Translations under genes and position numbers: made by a program | Assembly (NCBI GenBank): GCA_965222895.1 | Contig: CBDCVB010000002.1 | Coordinates: forward strand, 798,037 to 862,036 | Length of the DNA: 64,000 nt | Direction: 5' to 3' | Source: Dehalococcoidia bacterium | GTDB taxonomy: Bacteria; Chloroflexota; Dehalococcoidia; Lucifugimonadales; UBA3495 | Notes under the pieces: generated by a model | The model's database searches: none | Told to the model about the DNA's origin: nothing | The model's input: the letters and a program-made list of their open reading frames with translations, nothing else | Shown: positions 9,513 through 19,707 of the stretch, one piece after another | Numbering within the stretch: the first letter of the stretch is position 1 | Layout of the letters: the number at the start of each line of letters is the position of its first letter

Positions 9513-10925
9513 TTATACCTTCTCGCCCAATGTGGGGCTCCGTAAATCAGCAGGCACCAAATCCGGATATTTTTCCGGGGCGATACCAACTATCGCTTCC
9601 CGCGCTTCCGCAGCTACGAACAGGGAGCCGGTTACCAGGATCAGGTCATTGCCGGCGGCAATGGCTCGCGCCTCATCAACGGCGTCTGACACCTGGGGAC
9701 ACGCGGTTACCGCTGGAGCGGGCAGTCCGGATCGCCGGAAAGCGTCAGCAATCTCCGAAGGGCGCATGGAGCGGGGGTGTCGGGAGCGGGTGGCGATGAC
9801 GCGGGCGGCCCGCCGGGACAGCAGCTTGACCATTGCGTCCACCTGTTTGTCCCGGGAGAAGCCAGCGACCAGGATGAGGCGGCGATGGGGCAAATAGTCG
9901 CCCAGAGTTTCCAGCACGGCGGCCACGGAATGGTCATTATGGGCGCCGTCGGCCACCAACATCGGGTTCCGGCTTAACACCTCCAGACGACATGGCCACT
10001 CTACGCTGGCCAACCCATCGGCGACCGCCTGAGGTGTTATGCGGTATCCGCTGACTGACAACGATTCGGCGGCGGCCACCGCGGTGGCGGCATTGGCGCC
10101 CTGAAACCGGCCCAGCAGCGGCAGCCGGGCGTGGTAGGTGGCAAGTTGGCCGTGGACGGTGACGTCCTGACCGTCCATGCCCAGGCAGTCCGTTTCCCAG
10201 CGCACGTCGTCGCCGACCGAAATGACCGGCGCGGATTGGCGCCGGGCGGTGGCGCGAATGACGCTCGCCGCTGCTTCGGACTGGGGCGCAACGACAACCG
10301 GCACACCCGGTTTGATGATGCCGGCCTTGTCGGCGGCAATTTCCCCAATGGTGTCGCCCAGGATTGCCATGTGGTCCAGGCTGATCGGGGTGATGGCGCT
10401 CACATCCGGCGTCACCACATTGGTTGCGTCCAGTTTCCCGCCGAGACCCACTTCGATGATGCTGCAATCGGTTTGGTCCTGGTGGAAGCACCGGAATGCC
10501 ATGGCAGTGAGGTACTCAAACAACGTGGCCGGGCCGGCATCCGGGTCGGCGGCATTGGCGATGTGGTAGGGCCACACGGCGTCGGTCAACTCGGCAAACC
10601 GGCGCTGGCTCACCGGCTGCCCGTTGCGGCGGATGCGCTCGCAAAACGAGTGCAGGTGCGGCGAAGAGTAGAACCCGGTGGAGTGGCCGGCGGCGCGCAT
10701 GATGGATTCGATCATGGCAGCGGTGCTGCCCTTGCCCTTGGTGCCCGCCACGTGGGCGATGCCAGGCAGGCGTTGCGGCTCTCCCATGCGCTCCAGCAGC
10801 CGCTGAATATTGCGCAGGTCGTAGATACGTTTTTGACGCGGCAGCGTCGGGGCGCTGCGCTCGTGGTCAACCAGAGACAGCAGCGTGGCGATGGCGTCGT
10901 CGTAGGATTGACTCACGATGCGCAT
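9513..10925 (-). CDS. folC: Folylpolyglutamate synthase / dihydrofolate synthase
   Basis: A Mur-ligase P-loop is present (HVAGTKGKGSTAAM), along with the FolC-type domain order. Confidence 0.9.
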   Translation of the reverse strand: MRIVSQSYDDAIATLLSLVDHERSAPTLPRQKRIYDLRNIQRLLERMGEPQRLPGIAHVAGTKGKGSTAAMIESIMRAAGHSTGFYSSPHLHSFCERIRRNGQPVSQRRFAELTDAVWPYHIANAADPDAGPATLFEYLTAMAFRCFHQDQTDCSIIEVGLGGKLDATNVVTPDVSAITPISLDHMAILGDTIGEIAADKAGIIKPGVPVVVAPQSEAAASVIRATARRQSAPVISVGDDVRWETDCLGMDGQDVTVHGQLATYHARLPLLGRFQGANAATAVAAAESLSVSGYRITPQAVADGLASVEWPCRLEVLSRNPMLVADGAHNDHSVAAVLETLGDYLPHRRLILVAGFSRDKQVDAMVKLLSRRAARVIATRSRHPRSMRPSEIADAFRRSGLPAPAVTACPQVSDAVDEARAIAAGNDLILVTGSLFVAAEAREAIVGIAPEKYPDLVPADLRSPTLGEKV

Positions 10926-10967
10926 ACCTGCAGGTAAGTTGGTGGCAGCGGCCAGAATGGGCCTGGG

Positions 10968-11900
10968 TTATTTGGCGAGGCCAAGGTTGATGCGCAGGGC
11001 CTGGCCGGCCGTGATGTCGCGGATGTAGCTGATGTTGCCAGCCATGGGGCGCGGTTTGAAACCGAAGGCACGCTCCACGGAATCCGGTTCGGCCACGTTC
11101 CGCAGCGTTATCAGTTGCAGCATTGCGTTGTTGATCGGTGGGTTGGGTGTCAGCAGTCCCATGGCGCTGATGGGGAACCGCATTGCCCAGACCGGAACGT
11201 TGATGCGGCGCCGGGAACGTCCCAACGTGTCCGCGACAATGCTCACAACCTCGTTATAAGACAACTGGTTGGGGCCGCCGATCTCGACGATCTGGTTGCC
11301 TCGCAGATTGCCACTGACGGCAGCCACGATGCAGCTCGCTACATCCGCAGCGTGGATCGGTTGCAGGCGGTTGTTTCCGGATCCAATCACCGGCGTGATG
11401 GGAGCAATCTTTACCAAAGATGCGACTGCGGTGGTGAATTCATCACCCGGCCCGAAAATCAAAGATGGCCGAATGATGGTGTAGGGCAGGCCGCCGTTGA
11501 TGACTGCTTGCTCGCCCTGCCACTTGGAGTAGAGGTATTGCAAACGGGGGTTGTTGTTGGCTCCCACGGCGCTGACGTGGATGAAACGGCGCACCGAACC
11601 GGCGGCTTTGGCAGCGGCGACCACGTTGGCCGTCCCCTGTCGGTTGATGGCGTCGAACTGTTTTGGTCCGCCGCGAATTACGGCAACGAGATGAATGACG
11701 GCGGTAATATCGCGGCACGCCTCAGCGAGGGCGTCAGGGTCGCTGATGTCTCCGTAGCAAACGTCAGTGGGGGGTGAGGCAAACACCGCTTCGCGCCCCG
11801 GCCGCCTGACCATGACCCGAACCTCGTGTCCGGTGTCGAGCAACTGCTGTACAACCCGTGGGCCCAGAAAGCCGGTGGCTCCGGTAACCAGTACTGTCAT
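10968..11900 (-). CDS. NAD(P)-binding atypical SDR (NmrA / NDUFA9-like) protein
   Basis: A Rossmann motif is present (MTVLVTGATGFLGPRVV). The ATG at 11900 is preferred; the upstream part of track ORF 10968-12071 is low-complexity. Confidence 0.75.
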   Translation of the reverse strand: MTVLVTGATGFLGPRVVQQLLDTGHEVRVMVRRPGREAVFASPPTDVCYGDISDPDALAEACRDITAVIHLVAVIRGGPKQFDAINRQGTANVVAAAKAAGSVRRFIHVSAVGANNNPRLQYLYSKWQGEQAVINGGLPYTIIRPSLIFGPGDEFTTAVASLVKIAPITPVIGSGNNRLQPIHAADVASCIVAAVSGNLRGNQIVEIGGPNQLSYNEVVSIVADTLGRSRRRINVPVWAMRFPISAMGLLTPNPPINNAMLQLITLRNVAEPDSVERAFGFKPRPMAGNISYIRDITAGQALRINLGLAK

Positions 11901-12150
11901 GGCAATCCTCGCAATGCTCGGCGGCGCTTGACCCTCTGTTGAGCGGAGTCTGAGTGTATCTGGAGTATACCACCGGGTTGACGTATTTCCGGCGGTTCCG
12001 GTCAGCGGTCGCGGCGGGTTTTGCGCCCTAGGGCGCCATAAAGTACAATTCGCGGCAAAGTGGGACGGCACGGCTGGCGGTTGGCTGCTCTCCCTACTGC
12101 ATCAGGTATGAGCGGAGCATCGTTTATGAACAGAATATCGTTGCGACAGT

Positions 12151-13101
12151 ATGGCTGACATCAACAACGAACTTCACTTTGGCGCCAGCATGGCGTTGCC
12201 GGCAGACCGCACCGTTGAGCAGGCGCGGCTGATGGAAGAACTTGGTTTCGAGTATATGGGCGCCGGCGAGCATTTTATGCGGGGAAGGCCACCGGGGCCG
12301 ACCCATGCGGCGTTGCCATTGCTGGCGGTGGCCGCCGGCGCTACCGAACGATTGCGCATCGTAACCTCGGTTACGCTGGCGCCGTTCTACCACCCGCTGA
12401 TGCTGGCGCGCATGACCGCCACGCTGGACATTGCGTCGGGCGGGCGGCTCACGCTGGGCGTTGGGGTGGGCGGCGAGTTTCCCATGGAATACGAGAACGC
12501 CGGCATCGAAATCGCCCGCCGGGGCCAGCGCACCAACGAATGCCTGGATGGTTTGCGCCGGTTATGGACCGAAGATTCAGTAACCCTGAAGGGTCGGCAC
12601 TACACTCTGGACGAAGCTGCCATCAATCCCAAGCCGACGCAAAAACCGCACCCGCCGATATGGGTTGCCGGCCGCCGGGACGCCGCCATGCGCCGGGCCG
12701 TTCGCTATGGCGATGGCTGGCTGCCCTATTTCTACAGCCCCGAACGGTATCGGGACAGCGTGAACAAAATCACCGAGTTTGCGGTTGAAGAACAACGGGA
12801 CTTATCATCCTTCCAGTGGGCCTTTTTCCCGTACATTTCGCTGGGCCAAACCGAGGACCAGGCGGCGAGAACCGCGGCGGAGTCGCTGGGCAACCAGTAT
12901 CTTTACGACGGTGAATTTGGCAACATTGTGCGCCGCTATTGCCTGCTGGGCACCCCCCGGATGTGCATCGAACGGTTGCAGGAGTACATTGATGCTGGCG
13001 CCCGCTATATCGTTTTTAGCGTAGCCGCACCGCGCGAGGACCGACGGCGCCATCTGGAAGTCATCGCCAAGGACATCGTGCCCCATTTCACGGGTCGCTG
13101 A
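12151..13101 (+). CDS. LLM-class (luciferase-like) flavin/F420-dependent oxidoreductase
   Basis: Motifs: LGFEYMGAGEHF.., GGRLTLGVGVGG, KPHPPIWVAG, YGDGWLP. Confidence 0.8.
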   Translation: MADINNELHFGASMALPADRTVEQARLMEELGFEYMGAGEHFMRGRPPGPTHAALPLLAVAAGATERLRIVTSVTLAPFYHPLMLARMTATLDIASGGRLTLGVGVGGEFPMEYENAGIEIARRGQRTNECLDGLRRLWTEDSVTLKGRHYTLDEAAINPKPTQKPHPPIWVAGRRDAAMRRAVRYGDGWLPYFYSPERYRDSVNKITEFAVEEQRDLSSFQWAFFPYISLGQTEDQAARTAAESLGNQYLYDGEFGNIVRRYCLLGTPRMCIERLQEYIDAGARYIVFSVAAPREDRRRHLEVIAKDIVPHFTGR

Positions 13102-13229
13102 ATTGGCCGTTAACGGTTACCAAAACTGCTAACCGGCATCCGGGATGATGTTGTATAATGCCGTCAGCTACTTGTGCGAGACTCAATCCTGAACCACTCC
13201 CGTCCGCTGACATCGGAGTAAGTGAGAAA

Positions 13230-15077
13230 ATGAGCACCATTCAACTGCTCGGCGACAAATTCGATGGCACTCCGGCGACGGTTTCACCGGTTTCGATCCG
13301 GCCCAAGGGAGACCGCACGCGTCGGGTGATGATGGTTCAGCCGGCTTCGGCTGGCGGAAACTTTGAGTACATCGCCATACCTCGCCAGGGAATGCTGTAC
13401 CTCTCCGGCGCATTGGAACAGTGGGACGGCCCATACGTGTACGAGCGGGACATCTGGTTTGAAGACCGCCTGGGTCGCATGGATCCCGACAGTGACCTGG
13501 ATGGCGTCGATATATTGATGGTGACGTCTCTGATTAACGAAACGCCTAGAGGTTATGAACTGGCTCGGGAAGCGCGTGAGTTCCATCCCAACCTGATCAT
13601 ATTGGGTGGCGGCCCGCAAATGAGTCCGCTGCCCGAGGAAGCCATCGCCCGGGGCGGGTTTGATGTAATCGTGAATCGCGAAGGCGAAGACATTATCGGC
13701 CAGCTGTGCGACATATTGCTGACGTGGCGCGACGATCGCAAGTACACCTACCTGGAACGGGTGGCCGGCATCTCTTACTTGCAAGATGGGCGCCTGGTGC
13801 AAACCCGGCGCAAGGGTCTGGTTCGTCCGGACTTTGTTGAACTCCCGGATTACCGCTCCATACGTGGTTTGTCACCGGCGTCCCCGATGGTGGGGGCCGT
13901 GATTGAAACGGTGCGCGGTTGCACGGAAAACTGTTCTTACTGCCAGGTAATTCAGCAGTTCCTGGGTTACCGGCTCATTGACCGGGAAACCGAGTACAAG
14001 CGGCTGGCGCAACTGGAAGATTTGGCCGCTGACGGTCTGATTCACACTGGTCGCAACGGCAAGATCAACGTGTTTATCTCTGACGACCTGCACACGCCGC
14101 CGCTGCGAGCCGTGAAGTTCCGTAACGAACGACTGGAGCGGTTGAAAGCCTGGAAAGGCCGCACCGAGTCGATGGGCATGATCTGTCAGGCACGGGCCGA
14201 AATCGGGCAGGACGATGAACTGGCCGACGCTTTGCTGGATGCCAATGTCAAGATGCTGTATCTCGGAGTAGAATCCAACAATGCCGAAAGCCTGAAGGCA
14301 GTCAACAAGCGGCAGGAACCGGGCCAGATGGAAAAAGACCTGGTGCGCCTGAACGAGAAGGGTTTCTCGGTGGTGGCCATGACCATCATCGGTTTGCCCT
14401 ACGATACGGAAGAATCCATCATGACGCTGGCTGACTGGGTAAAGCAGTACAGCCGTTATCAGACGGCCAACCTGCTTACTCCGCTGCCGGCAACATCCAA
14501 CTGGGACCTGAAACCCCTGAACGCCAACGGCGATCTCTTGCAAGAGGGCGAGATGCGGCCCTACGAGCTTTACACCGGACGCCAATTCGTACACGAAGAC
14601 GAACGATGGACGATGGCGCAAAGCCGCGACCTTTTCGACCGTTACAGCGCCAAGTTGACCTCGATCGACGCCCTTTACGGCCGAATCTTCCGAATCCTGG
14701 GCAACTATCGGATGCGGCAGGCCCACAGCGTGCAAGACCTGTCTGAAATTACCGAAACAATGCGCGACTGGTCGCAGCAGGTTCAGCAAGCCGGCAAAGA
14801 GTTCGGCGAAAACCTGCACCTGCGAGTGACGGAGCTGGCGGAGACTTTCCGTTCGGTCAGTCAGCCGCTGTCCAACGCTCGTTCGGAATTTGTGGATAAC
14901 CTGCGGACGCGCATCAACGAAGTATCTGATTCACTGCGGACTTATGCTGAAATGGCGGACACCGGCAGCAAGGATGTCGCCGCGAGTATTTCGGTGCGCG
15001 TGAACGAAGTGACGGACATGCTGAACTCCGTGCTGGACTCAACTGATCAGCGCCGGAATTCCAACCGAGCGAGCTGA
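13230..15077 (+). CDS. B12-binding-domain radical SAM protein with C-terminal amphipathic helical repeats
   Basis: It has an N-terminal Rossmann-like B12-type domain (DILMVTSLI..LIILGGGPQMS) and the CxxxCxxC cluster motif VRGCTENCSYCQV. The ATG at 13230 is preceded by GGAGTAAGTGAG. The stop lies 1 nt before the next gene's ATG. Confidence 0.85.
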   Translation: MSTIQLLGDKFDGTPATVSPVSIRPKGDRTRRVMMVQPASAGGNFEYIAIPRQGMLYLSGALEQWDGPYVYERDIWFEDRLGRMDPDSDLDGVDILMVTSLINETPRGYELAREAREFHPNLIILGGGPQMSPLPEEAIARGGFDVIVNREGEDIIGQLCDILLTWRDDRKYTYLERVAGISYLQDGRLVQTRRKGLVRPDFVELPDYRSIRGLSPASPMVGAVIETVRGCTENCSYCQVIQQFLGYRLIDRETEYKRLAQLEDLAADGLIHTGRNGKINVFISDDLHTPPLRAVKFRNERLERLKAWKGRTESMGMICQARAEIGQDDELADALLDANVKMLYLGVESNNAESLKAVNKRQEPGQMEKDLVRLNEKGFSVVAMTIIGLPYDTEESIMTLADWVKQYSRYQTANLLTPLPATSNWDLKPLNANGDLLQEGEMRPYELYTGRQFVHEDERWTMAQSRDLFDRYSAKLTSIDALYGRIFRILGNYRMRQAHSVQDLSEITETMRDWSQQVQQAGKEFGENLHLRVTELAETFRSVSQPLSNARSEFVDNLRTRINEVSDSLRTYAEMADTGSKDVAASISVRVNEVTDMLNSVLDSTDQRRNSNRAS

Positions 15078-15078
15078 T

Positions 15079-16344
15079 ATGGTCCAAATCGGTACGACCG
15101 GCCATAGAGTCGTAGTAACGGGCTTGGGAATGATAAGCCCGCTGGGATTGAACACCTCCGATACCTGGAACGCTGTGGTCAATGGTCGGTCGGGCATTGA
15201 CTACATAACGAGTTTCGACGCGGAGGCGTTCGACACCCGTTTCGCCGCCGAAGTTAAAGGGTTTAACCCGGAAGACTATTTGGACCGTAAACTGGCGCGC
15301 CGCATGGATCGATTCTCCCAGTTTGCGGCGGTGGCGGCTATGGAAGCTTGCCAGCAGGCGAATCTGGAACCGCGCTCGATGGACCGCTATAGCGTTCATG
15401 TGGTAGTGGGCAGCGGAATTGGCGGCATCAACACCCTGACTGAGCAGCATCGCGTGTTGATGGAACGTGGGCCACGACGAGTTACCCCGTTTCTGATTCC
15501 AATGATGCTGGCCGATATGGGGTCGGCCCAGGTGTCGATGGTTACCGGCGCGATGGGCGCAAACTACTGCGTTACATCATCGTGCAGCAGCGGCGCCGAC
15601 GCCATTGGCATCGGCTGGGACATGATTCGCCACGGACGGGCCGAAGTGGTGCTGGCCGGCGGTACTGAGGCGCCCATCACGCCGCTGACCGTTGCCGGCT
15701 TCAATGCGTTGCGCGCGCTTTCCCGTCAGAATGACTACCCACAACGGGCCAGCCAGCCCTTCAACCGGAGCCGGGACGGGTTCGTGCTGGCGGAAGGGTC
15801 GGCGATTCTGGTGCTGGAAAGCGAGGAACACGCCGAGGCGAGGGGCGCGGAACCACTGGCGGAACTGCGCGGGTACGCCGCCACCAGCGACTCACACCAT
15901 CTGACTGAACCCAACCCCACCGGGCAAAGCGCCGCCGCCGCCGTTACCGCGGCGTTGGCGGCGGCGCAACTGTCGCCTGTCGACGTTGATTACCTGAATG
16001 CCCACGGTACATCTACGCCGTTGAATGACTGGCACGAAACCAAAGCGCTGAAACTCGCCCTGGGCGAAGATGCTTATCGCATCCCAATCAGCAGCACGAA
16101 GAGTATGACCGGCCACCTGCTGGGCGCCGGCGGCGCGTTGGAGGCTGCCTTGTGCGCCGTGGCCCTTCGCGACGGCATGATGCCGCCCACGATTAACCTG
16201 GACGACCCGGACGACGAATGCGACCTGGATTACGTGCCGCACAATGCGCGCAAGGGCGATTTGGATGTAATTCTCAGTAACTCGTTTGGGTTCGGCGGGC
16301 ATAACTCCGTTATCATCCTGACCCGCCCCGACCTGGGCGATTAG
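15079..16344 (+). CDS. Beta-ketoacyl-ACP synthase II paralog
   Basis: The triad context is intact: VTSSCSSGADAIG, NAHGTSTPLND, STKSMTGHLLGAGG. It is coupled to the radical SAM gene (TGA-t-ATG). Confidence 0.9.
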   Translation: MVQIGTTGHRVVVTGLGMISPLGLNTSDTWNAVVNGRSGIDYITSFDAEAFDTRFAAEVKGFNPEDYLDRKLARRMDRFSQFAAVAAMEACQQANLEPRSMDRYSVHVVVGSGIGGINTLTEQHRVLMERGPRRVTPFLIPMMLADMGSAQVSMVTGAMGANYCVTSSCSSGADAIGIGWDMIRHGRAEVVLAGGTEAPITPLTVAGFNALRALSRQNDYPQRASQPFNRSRDGFVLAEGSAILVLESEEHAEARGAEPLAELRGYAATSDSHHLTEPNPTGQSAAAAVTAALAAAQLSPVDVDYLNAHGTSTPLNDWHETKALKLALGEDAYRIPISSTKSMTGHLLGAGGALEAALCAVALRDGMMPPTINLDDPDDECDLDYVPHNARKGDLDVILSNSFGFGGHNSVIILTRPDLGD

Positions 16345-16346
16345 GT

Positions 16347-18068
16347 TTGGCGCTACCCGCCCACCGACCGGCGCTACCGGGATCGAACGAGCCGCCGGCG
16401 CGTCGTTGGATTCTGCCGCCAAGAATTGACGGCAACCGCCTGCCCAACGATCTACCCCCGGTTGCCGCTCAGTTGCTGCTGTCCCGAGGCATCGGCGACG
16501 CAGCAACCCTGACCAGATTCCTGGAGCCGTCCGGGTTGCCTCACGACCCTTTGACGCTGGCCGGCATGGCCGAGGCGCTGCCCAGGCTGGCAACCGCCAC
16601 CAGAATCGGTGAAACGGTTGCCGTGTTCGGGGACTTTGACGTTGACGGTATGACCGGGACCGCCATCCTGACCGAAACTTTCCGGCGGCTCGGGGCGGTG
16701 GTGATTCCCTACTTGCCGGATCCGGTCTCCGAAGGGCATGGCATGAACAGTGGGGCGGTGAGCCGCCTGGTCGCGCAGGGCGTCACCCTCATCGTTACGG
16801 TGGATTGCGGCATCAGTGATGCGGTCGAAGTTGGTCTCGCGGTTGATGCGGGGGCGGAGGTCATCATCACCGACCATCACACCCCGCCGGAAACCCGGCC
16901 CGATGCCATTGCAATCGTCAATCCGCGTATGCCGGGCAACCAGTACCCTTTTCCGGAGCTGTGCGGAGCCGGCATCGCCTACAAGCTGGCTGCCGGACTG
17001 TTGAGATACCTGGGCGAAACGCCGGACGGTTCGCTGCTGGAGCTGGCGGCGTTGGGAACCGTGGCTGACCTGGTTCCGCTGCGGGATGAAAACCGCTACA
17101 TCGTGCAGCAGGGTTTGGCATCACTAGCGCAGACGCAACGGCCTGGGCTGCGGGCGCTGCTTCGTCGCTGCCGGCTGGAGCGTCGGGAACTGCGCGCGGA
17201 GAATGTTTCGTTCCAGATTGCGCCCAGGCTCAACGCGGCGGGCCGAATGGCGCATCCCCAAACGTCGCTGGACTTGCTGCTGGCCGACAACGAGCGAGAG
17301 GCTGAACGGCTGGTATCCCAACTGGAAGAGTACAACGACCGCCGCAAGGAATTGACGGCCCGGGCCTGCGATATTGCCATGGAGCAGGTGCTGGCGCACG
17401 AGCAGGTGCCGAGCATCATCATTTCCCACGATGAAGTTTACACGCCGGGCATCAACGGGCTGGTGGCCGGGCGGTTGTCCGAGCGCTTCAATCGGCCGGC
17501 AATAGCGCTGGCCCGCGCCGATGCCGACCACCTCGTGGCCAGCGCCCGCAGCGACACCGGATTCAACCTGATAGATGCCATTGCCCAGTGCCGGGATCTG
17601 CTGGTGCGGTACGGCGGCCATCAGGCGGCGGCCGGTTTCACGGTACGCAACGAAGATTTCGAGGCGGTGTCGGAACGGCTGCTGGCCATCGCCAACGCCA
17701 GCACGGGTTTGCTGGGCCCGGAACCGACGCTGGAAATTCACGCCGAGGGCAGTCTGGACGAGTTGATGGCCCCGGCCCTGGCGCAGTGGATGAAGCGGCT
17801 GGAGCCATTCGGGAAAGACAACCCGAACCCGCGCTTTCTGTCGCGGCGGTTGCGCGTCCTGAACAGTGGGTTTGTGGGAGCCGCCGGCCAGCACCTGAAA
17901 CTACAGGTCACCAGCGGCCAGCGCACGGTTGATGCGCTATGGTGGAACTTCCCGGGCGCATGGGGCGGGTACGGGTCGGTAGACCTGGTGTTCCAGCTGG
18001 TGGAGGAGTATTACCGCGGCGAGACCCGCACCTACCTGCGTGTCGAGGATTTGCGCCCGGCGGTATAA
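16347..18068 (+). CDS. recJ: Single-stranded-DNA-specific exonuclease RecJ
   Basis: DHH motifs are present (VFGDFDVDGMTG, TVDCG, ITDHH) with a DHHA1-type C-terminus. The start is TTG at 16347. Confidence 0.9.
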   Translation: MALPAHRPALPGSNEPPARRWILPPRIDGNRLPNDLPPVAAQLLLSRGIGDAATLTRFLEPSGLPHDPLTLAGMAEALPRLATATRIGETVAVFGDFDVDGMTGTAILTETFRRLGAVVIPYLPDPVSEGHGMNSGAVSRLVAQGVTLIVTVDCGISDAVEVGLAVDAGAEVIITDHHTPPETRPDAIAIVNPRMPGNQYPFPELCGAGIAYKLAAGLLRYLGETPDGSLLELAALGTVADLVPLRDENRYIVQQGLASLAQTQRPGLRALLRRCRLERRELRAENVSFQIAPRLNAAGRMAHPQTSLDLLLADNEREAERLVSQLEEYNDRRKELTARACDIAMEQVLAHEQVPSIIISHDEVYTPGINGLVAGRLSERFNRPAIALARADADHLVASARSDTGFNLIDAIAQCRDLLVRYGGHQAAAGFTVRNEDFEAVSERLLAIANASTGLLGPEPTLEIHAEGSLDELMAPALAQWMKRLEPFGKDNPNPRFLSRRLRVLNSGFVGAAGQHLKLQVTSGQRTVDALWWNFPGAWGGYGSVDLVFQLVEEYYRGETRTYLRVEDLRPAV

Positions 18069-18100
18069 TACGGCAGTGGTATGCAGACGGAGGCATCGCT

Positions 18101-18694
18101 ATGACGCAGCCCAAACAGCAGCCCCGCACCAAGCTGACCAACGCCGATTATATGGCGCTCACGCCGCCGGCGGTGCCAGGGCCACGTTACCAACTCATCA
18201 ACGGAGAGCTGGTTAAAATGTCCGGCGCCAGCTACGCACATCAAACTTTTCAGATACGGTTAGGCTCACAGTTGCTGGCTCAGACGGACACCCTTGGAAT
18301 CGGCGAAGTTCTCAGCGCGCCTTTCGATGTGCATGTCGACCTGTTCAATACCTACCAGCCCGATTTGCTGTACGTGTCCAACGAGCGGCGACATATCCTT
18401 GACCGGATCGGCGCCAACGACGCCCCGGATGTGGTTGTGGAGATACTGTCCGATTCCACCCGGCGGCGAGACCTCACCGAGAAGCTTCCCGTTTATGCCG
18501 CCAACGGTGTGCGGGAGGTTTGGATAGTGGACCTGGACGCCCGGACGGTAACCCTCTATTTGGGTGACGGCCCAACCTTCACTCCGGCAAGGGTGTTCAC
18601 CGCCGATGATGCGCTGGTTTCCGAGGCAATGCCGGGCGTTACGGTAGAGCTGGGGCCGATTTTCACCCGGGCGCTTGGCCCGGCGGTTTCGTAA
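18101..18694 (+). CDS. Uma2-family (DUF820) PD-(D/E)xK endonuclease
   Basis: Motifs: RYQLINGELV.., YQPDLLYV, APDVVVEILSDSTRRRDL..K..YAANGVREVWIVD. The ATG at 18101 is used because the earlier part of the track ORF overlaps recJ. Confidence 0.8.
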   Translation: MTQPKQQPRTKLTNADYMALTPPAVPGPRYQLINGELVKMSGASYAHQTFQIRLGSQLLAQTDTLGIGEVLSAPFDVHVDLFNTYQPDLLYVSNERRHILDRIGANDAPDVVVEILSDSTRRRDLTEKLPVYAANGVREVWIVDLDARTVTLYLGDGPTFTPARVFTADDALVSEAMPGVTVELGPIFTRALGPAVS

Positions 18695-18743
18695 ACCGCC
18701 GGCCGGGCTGCTGGCCATTCTGCGCGTCTCGGGCAGTATCCAA

Positions 18744-19664
18744 TCAGTCTGACTCTGAGTTGCCGGGTTTCCGTTGCGCCGTTGAGGTTGTGCGGCGGTC
18801 GGGTCGTACCAGTCGAGCCCGATAGATGAGCAGAGGCACGGTTACCAGCATAATGGCCAGCGCCACCAATTGGGCTTCGTTGAAGCCAAACAGGTAGGTG
18901 TTTTGCTCTTCGCGCACGAAGGATATGAAGAATCGCCCCGCCGAATAGCCGGCGAAGAACAGGGCGAAGAGCATACCGTGGGGCCGGATGCGGTCGCGCA
19001 TCAGCCAGAGCACCCCTGCCCAGACCAGGCAGAAGATTAGCTCGTAGGCCACCGCCGGATGCGAGGCCGGGCGTCCGTATCCGAAACTGTCCGGGTCGGT
19101 GTAAATCCAGGCCCAGGGCAAATCGGTGAAGCTGGACCAGTGCTCGCCATTGATGACGTCGCCGATGCGGCCGATGGCCAGGGCAATGAGCAACGCCGGC
19201 GCTGCGATGTCAGCCAGATGCCCGACGGGCGGTACTTCGGGGAACTTGCGGTGCAGTCCGGACCAGCGCAATCCGGCAATGTCCCAGAGGCGATTGAACC
19301 AGGTCGCGTTGCGGAGCACGATGTAGGTTGCGCCGCCGGCGAAGCCGCCCAGGTAGGCGCCGAAGATGGCAATGCCGCCGCTCCAGAAATAAACGATGCG
19401 CTCCGGGTTGTACTGGTAAAAGTCATCCCAGAAGTCGATGACGTGCAGGATGCGCGCTCCAATCAACCCGCCGATGATGCACCAAGTGGCCGTGGACAGG
19501 ATGGCGTCGCCGTTGAGACCATCACGCCGGCCCCAGCGCCAGGTCAGGTAGACCGCCACGGCCACCGACACGAAGGTGAAGAACCCGTGCCAGGACAACT
19601 GGAAACCCGCCGTGCGGATAATGTCCGGGTCGAACGGGATGCTGATGACTGCGAGGATGTCCAT
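18744..19664 (-). CDS. lgt: Prolipoprotein diacylglyceryl transferase
   Basis: The protein is polytopic and carries GARILHV and GRIGDVINGEHW (the Lgt GRxGNFxNxE signature). Confidence 0.8.
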   Translation of the reverse strand: MDILAVISIPFDPDIIRTAGFQLSWHGFFTFVSVAVAVYLTWRWGRRDGLNGDAILSTATWCIIGGLIGARILHVIDFWDDFYQYNPERIVYFWSGGIAIFGAYLGGFAGGATYIVLRNATWFNRLWDIAGLRWSGLHRKFPEVPPVGHLADIAAPALLIALAIGRIGDVINGEHWSSFTDLPWAWIYTDPDSFGYGRPASHPAVAYELIFCLVWAGVLWLMRDRIRPHGMLFALFFAGYSAGRFFISFVREEQNTYLFGFNEAQLVALAIMLVTVPLLIYRARLVRPDRRTTSTAQRKPGNSESD

Positions 19665-19707
19665 CGATTAAATATCCCTGTAAATATTTCTGCTGTTGTT
19701 CGGAGAT

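Noticed and set aside
13102-13229. A possible cobalamin riboswitch upstream of the B12-domain radical SAM gene.
   Set aside because: The region is too short, and no B12-box (rAGYCMGgAgaCCkGCc-like) sequence is seen.
13872-14819. A 315-aa ORF on the minus strand.
   Set aside because: It is antisense to the radical SAM gene and has no recognisable motif.
17939-18100. An N-terminal extension of the Uma2 ORF overlapping the recJ 3' end.
   Set aside because: Uma2 homology starts at MTQPK (ATG at 18101). The upstream part is Gly/Arg/Pro-rich and overlaps recJ.
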